Below are positions 62,914-64,000 of a DNA stretch of 64,000 bases, in pieces. Positions within the stretch are counted from its first letter, which is position 1, and each line of letters opens with the position of its first letter. This DNA is from Capsulimonadaceae bacterium. Its GTDB lineage: Bacteria; Armatimonadota; Armatimonadia; Armatimonadales; Capsulimonadaceae. Location of the stretch: contig OZ244065.1 of assembly GCA_965215505.1 (NCBI GenBank), positions 4,448,001 to 4,512,000 of the forward strand, in the 5' to 3' direction. A program made the translations under genes and the position numbers. The notes under the pieces are model-generated. The model made no database searches. It was not told the origin of the DNA and was given only the letters and a program-made list of their open reading frames with translations.

Positions 62914-63381
62914 TTAGCCAGTAGGAGAAACTCCTCCCCCACAGTAATTGTCCCCCACTCTGGCTTGGCATAGTAGGCCAGCTTGAGTGAGATTGCCATC
63001 TGGAGTTGTTCCAAAACATCTGCCGCAGGCATTTATTACACACTGATCGCAGGTTCCACCTTCGATTGGATGTGTACGAGGTCCTCCCGGTTGTGCTGGG
63101 CATCCTGAGCAGTTGAAGCCTAATTGTGCGTCGGAACATCCATCGGCGTCGCAGACCGGATTCGCGAACGCGATTCCCGCCTGCTGGAACTCCTTAGCGA
63201 TCGCCTGAGCCACCCTGTTGTCACCCGCCATGCGCTCCATGCGTTGGCCGACGAGACGTGCAAGATCGTCCACGCTGAACATGGACAGCGCGGCGATGCC
63301 CGCCCCAAAGCCCAGTTTCCGGAGGGCCGCTCGGCGCGTCATCTTCTCGCGCTCCACCCGCCGCGCGGTGTCGGCGTCCAT
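62914..63381 (-). CDS. Cys-rich secreted peptide precursor with a twin-arginine-like leader
   Basis: MTRRAALRKLG, AGIAFA/NP cleavage-like site, 10 Cys in the last ~80 aa. Confidence 0.7.
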   Translation of the reverse strand: MDADTARRVEREKMTRRAALRKLGFGAGIAALSMFSVDDLARLVGQRMERMAGDNRVAQAIAKEFQQAGIAFANPVCDADGCSDAQLGFNCSGCPAQPGGPRTHPIEGGTCDQCVINACGRCFGTTPDGNLTQAGLLCQARVGDNYCGGGVSPTG

Positions 63382-63418
63382 TGCCTTGGTTTTGGCAGGT
63401 TAATCCGCCTTCGTTTGC

Positions 63419-63637
63419 TCATTGTCCGGCATGTGTGTTCTCCTCAGATGATCCCTCTGATGCTTCGATGAGTGCTTCGCCTAACACGGCTTTTGCCTGC
63501 GCCTGTATCTCTTGCAAGGCCAAGACGCGGGCCACGACCAGTCCGACCAGACCTTCAATCCGGTCGCGCTCTTCCATCTTGTCGATGACGGCCTGGGCAA
63601 CGAGGTCAACGAACTCGTCACGGTCTTCGATACGCAT
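63419..63637 (-). CDS. Small helical hypothetical protein (72 aa)
   Basis: GAGGAG SD before ATG 63637; MRIEDRDEFVDLVAQAVIDK... Confidence 0.65.
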   Translation of the reverse strand: MRIEDRDEFVDLVAQAVIDKMEERDRIEGLVGLVVARVLALQEIQAQAKAVLGEALIEASEGSSEENTHAGQ

Positions 63638-63695
63638 GGGCGCTCCTCGCGCGGTGGTTTGGGTGGCGACCCTCGCATTTCGTCCGGCATCTCTT

Positions 63696-63767
63696 GGGAG
63701 GGAGGATGTCAGAGGGAGGGAGGATGTCAGAGGGAGGGAGGATGTCAGAGGGAGGGAGGATGTCAGA
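63696..63767. repeat. Perfect tandem repeat, 4 x 18 bp (GGGAGGGAGGATGTCAGA)
   Basis: Units start at 63696, 63714, 63732 and 63750. Confidence 0.97.
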
Positions 63768-63879
63768 GACATTATACAGCACAATTTCGAGTTTTGATGT
63801 TAAGAAAATGTTAAATCCGCGATTTATTTTTGGACCGAGAGCGTCGGCTATTTTTGGCGTCGAGCCACGGCCCGGCGGC

Positions 63880-63908
63880 TTGAATTTGCCGGCCCGTTCT
63901 GTTATGAT
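63880..63908 (+). promoter_or_regulatory. Sigma70-type promoter, apparently leaderless
   Basis: TTGAAT-N17-TATGAT with TGn, 7 nt before ATG 63916. Confidence 0.6.
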
Positions 63909-63915
63909 GGTGGGC

Positions 63916-64000
63916 ATGAAGGCAAGTCTTTTCCTGACGCCGCTGCTGGCGATCATCGGCCTCTGTGTGGCCCCGCGCGCCAACGCGGACCCCTCCGGCC
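63916..64000 (+). CDS. 5' end of a secreted protein, partial
   Basis: MKASLFLTPLLAIIGLCVAPRANADPS, a Sec signal peptide with an ANA/D site. Confidence 0.65.
   Translation, partial: MKASLFLTPLLAIIGLCVAPRANADPSG

Noticed and set aside
60398-63400. Prophage or transposon as the explanation for the low-GC segment
   Set aside because: No integrase, transposase, phage gene, tRNA target or terminal repeats are visible.
63696-63767. CRISPR array
   Set aside because: The repeats are contiguous 18-mers with no spacers, and no cas genes are present.

Overview
GC-rich (about 70% by eye) bacterial chromosomal window. The prepilin/H-X9-DG protein and the large secreted glyco-enzymes suggest Armatimonadota, which is an inference. 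From left to right it holds: (1) an operon with two asparagine-synthetase-like genes flanking a Zn-ribbon/membrane/TOPRIM-like gene, followed by cupin, RbsD/FucU and GNAT genes; (2) a putative heme-binding protein, metallophosphoesterase and YukJ-like gene trio; (3) carbohydrate-active genes (GH-like, beta-propeller, sialate O-acetylesterase, GH31 YicI, GH2); (4) assorted oxidoreductases, including a GMC fusion whose linker is a translated REP doublet; (5) a urea locus (ureG, porin, urtABCDE, ureFD, ureABC; no ureE in the window); (6) a cyclase-STAND-TPR gene; (7) an unknown enzyme, SCP2 and APC permease operon; (8) a lower-GC cassette at the right end. That cassette encodes a twin-arginine-like leader fused to a 10-Cys core, plus HEAT-repeat, TlpA-like, prepilin-like and peroxiredoxin genes, and is preceded by a perfect 4x18-bp repeat. 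Many GTAG-type REP palindromes and several apparently leaderless promoters are visible. I found no rRNA, tRNA, CRISPR array or transposase. All family calls come from motif recognition by eye, not from database searches.
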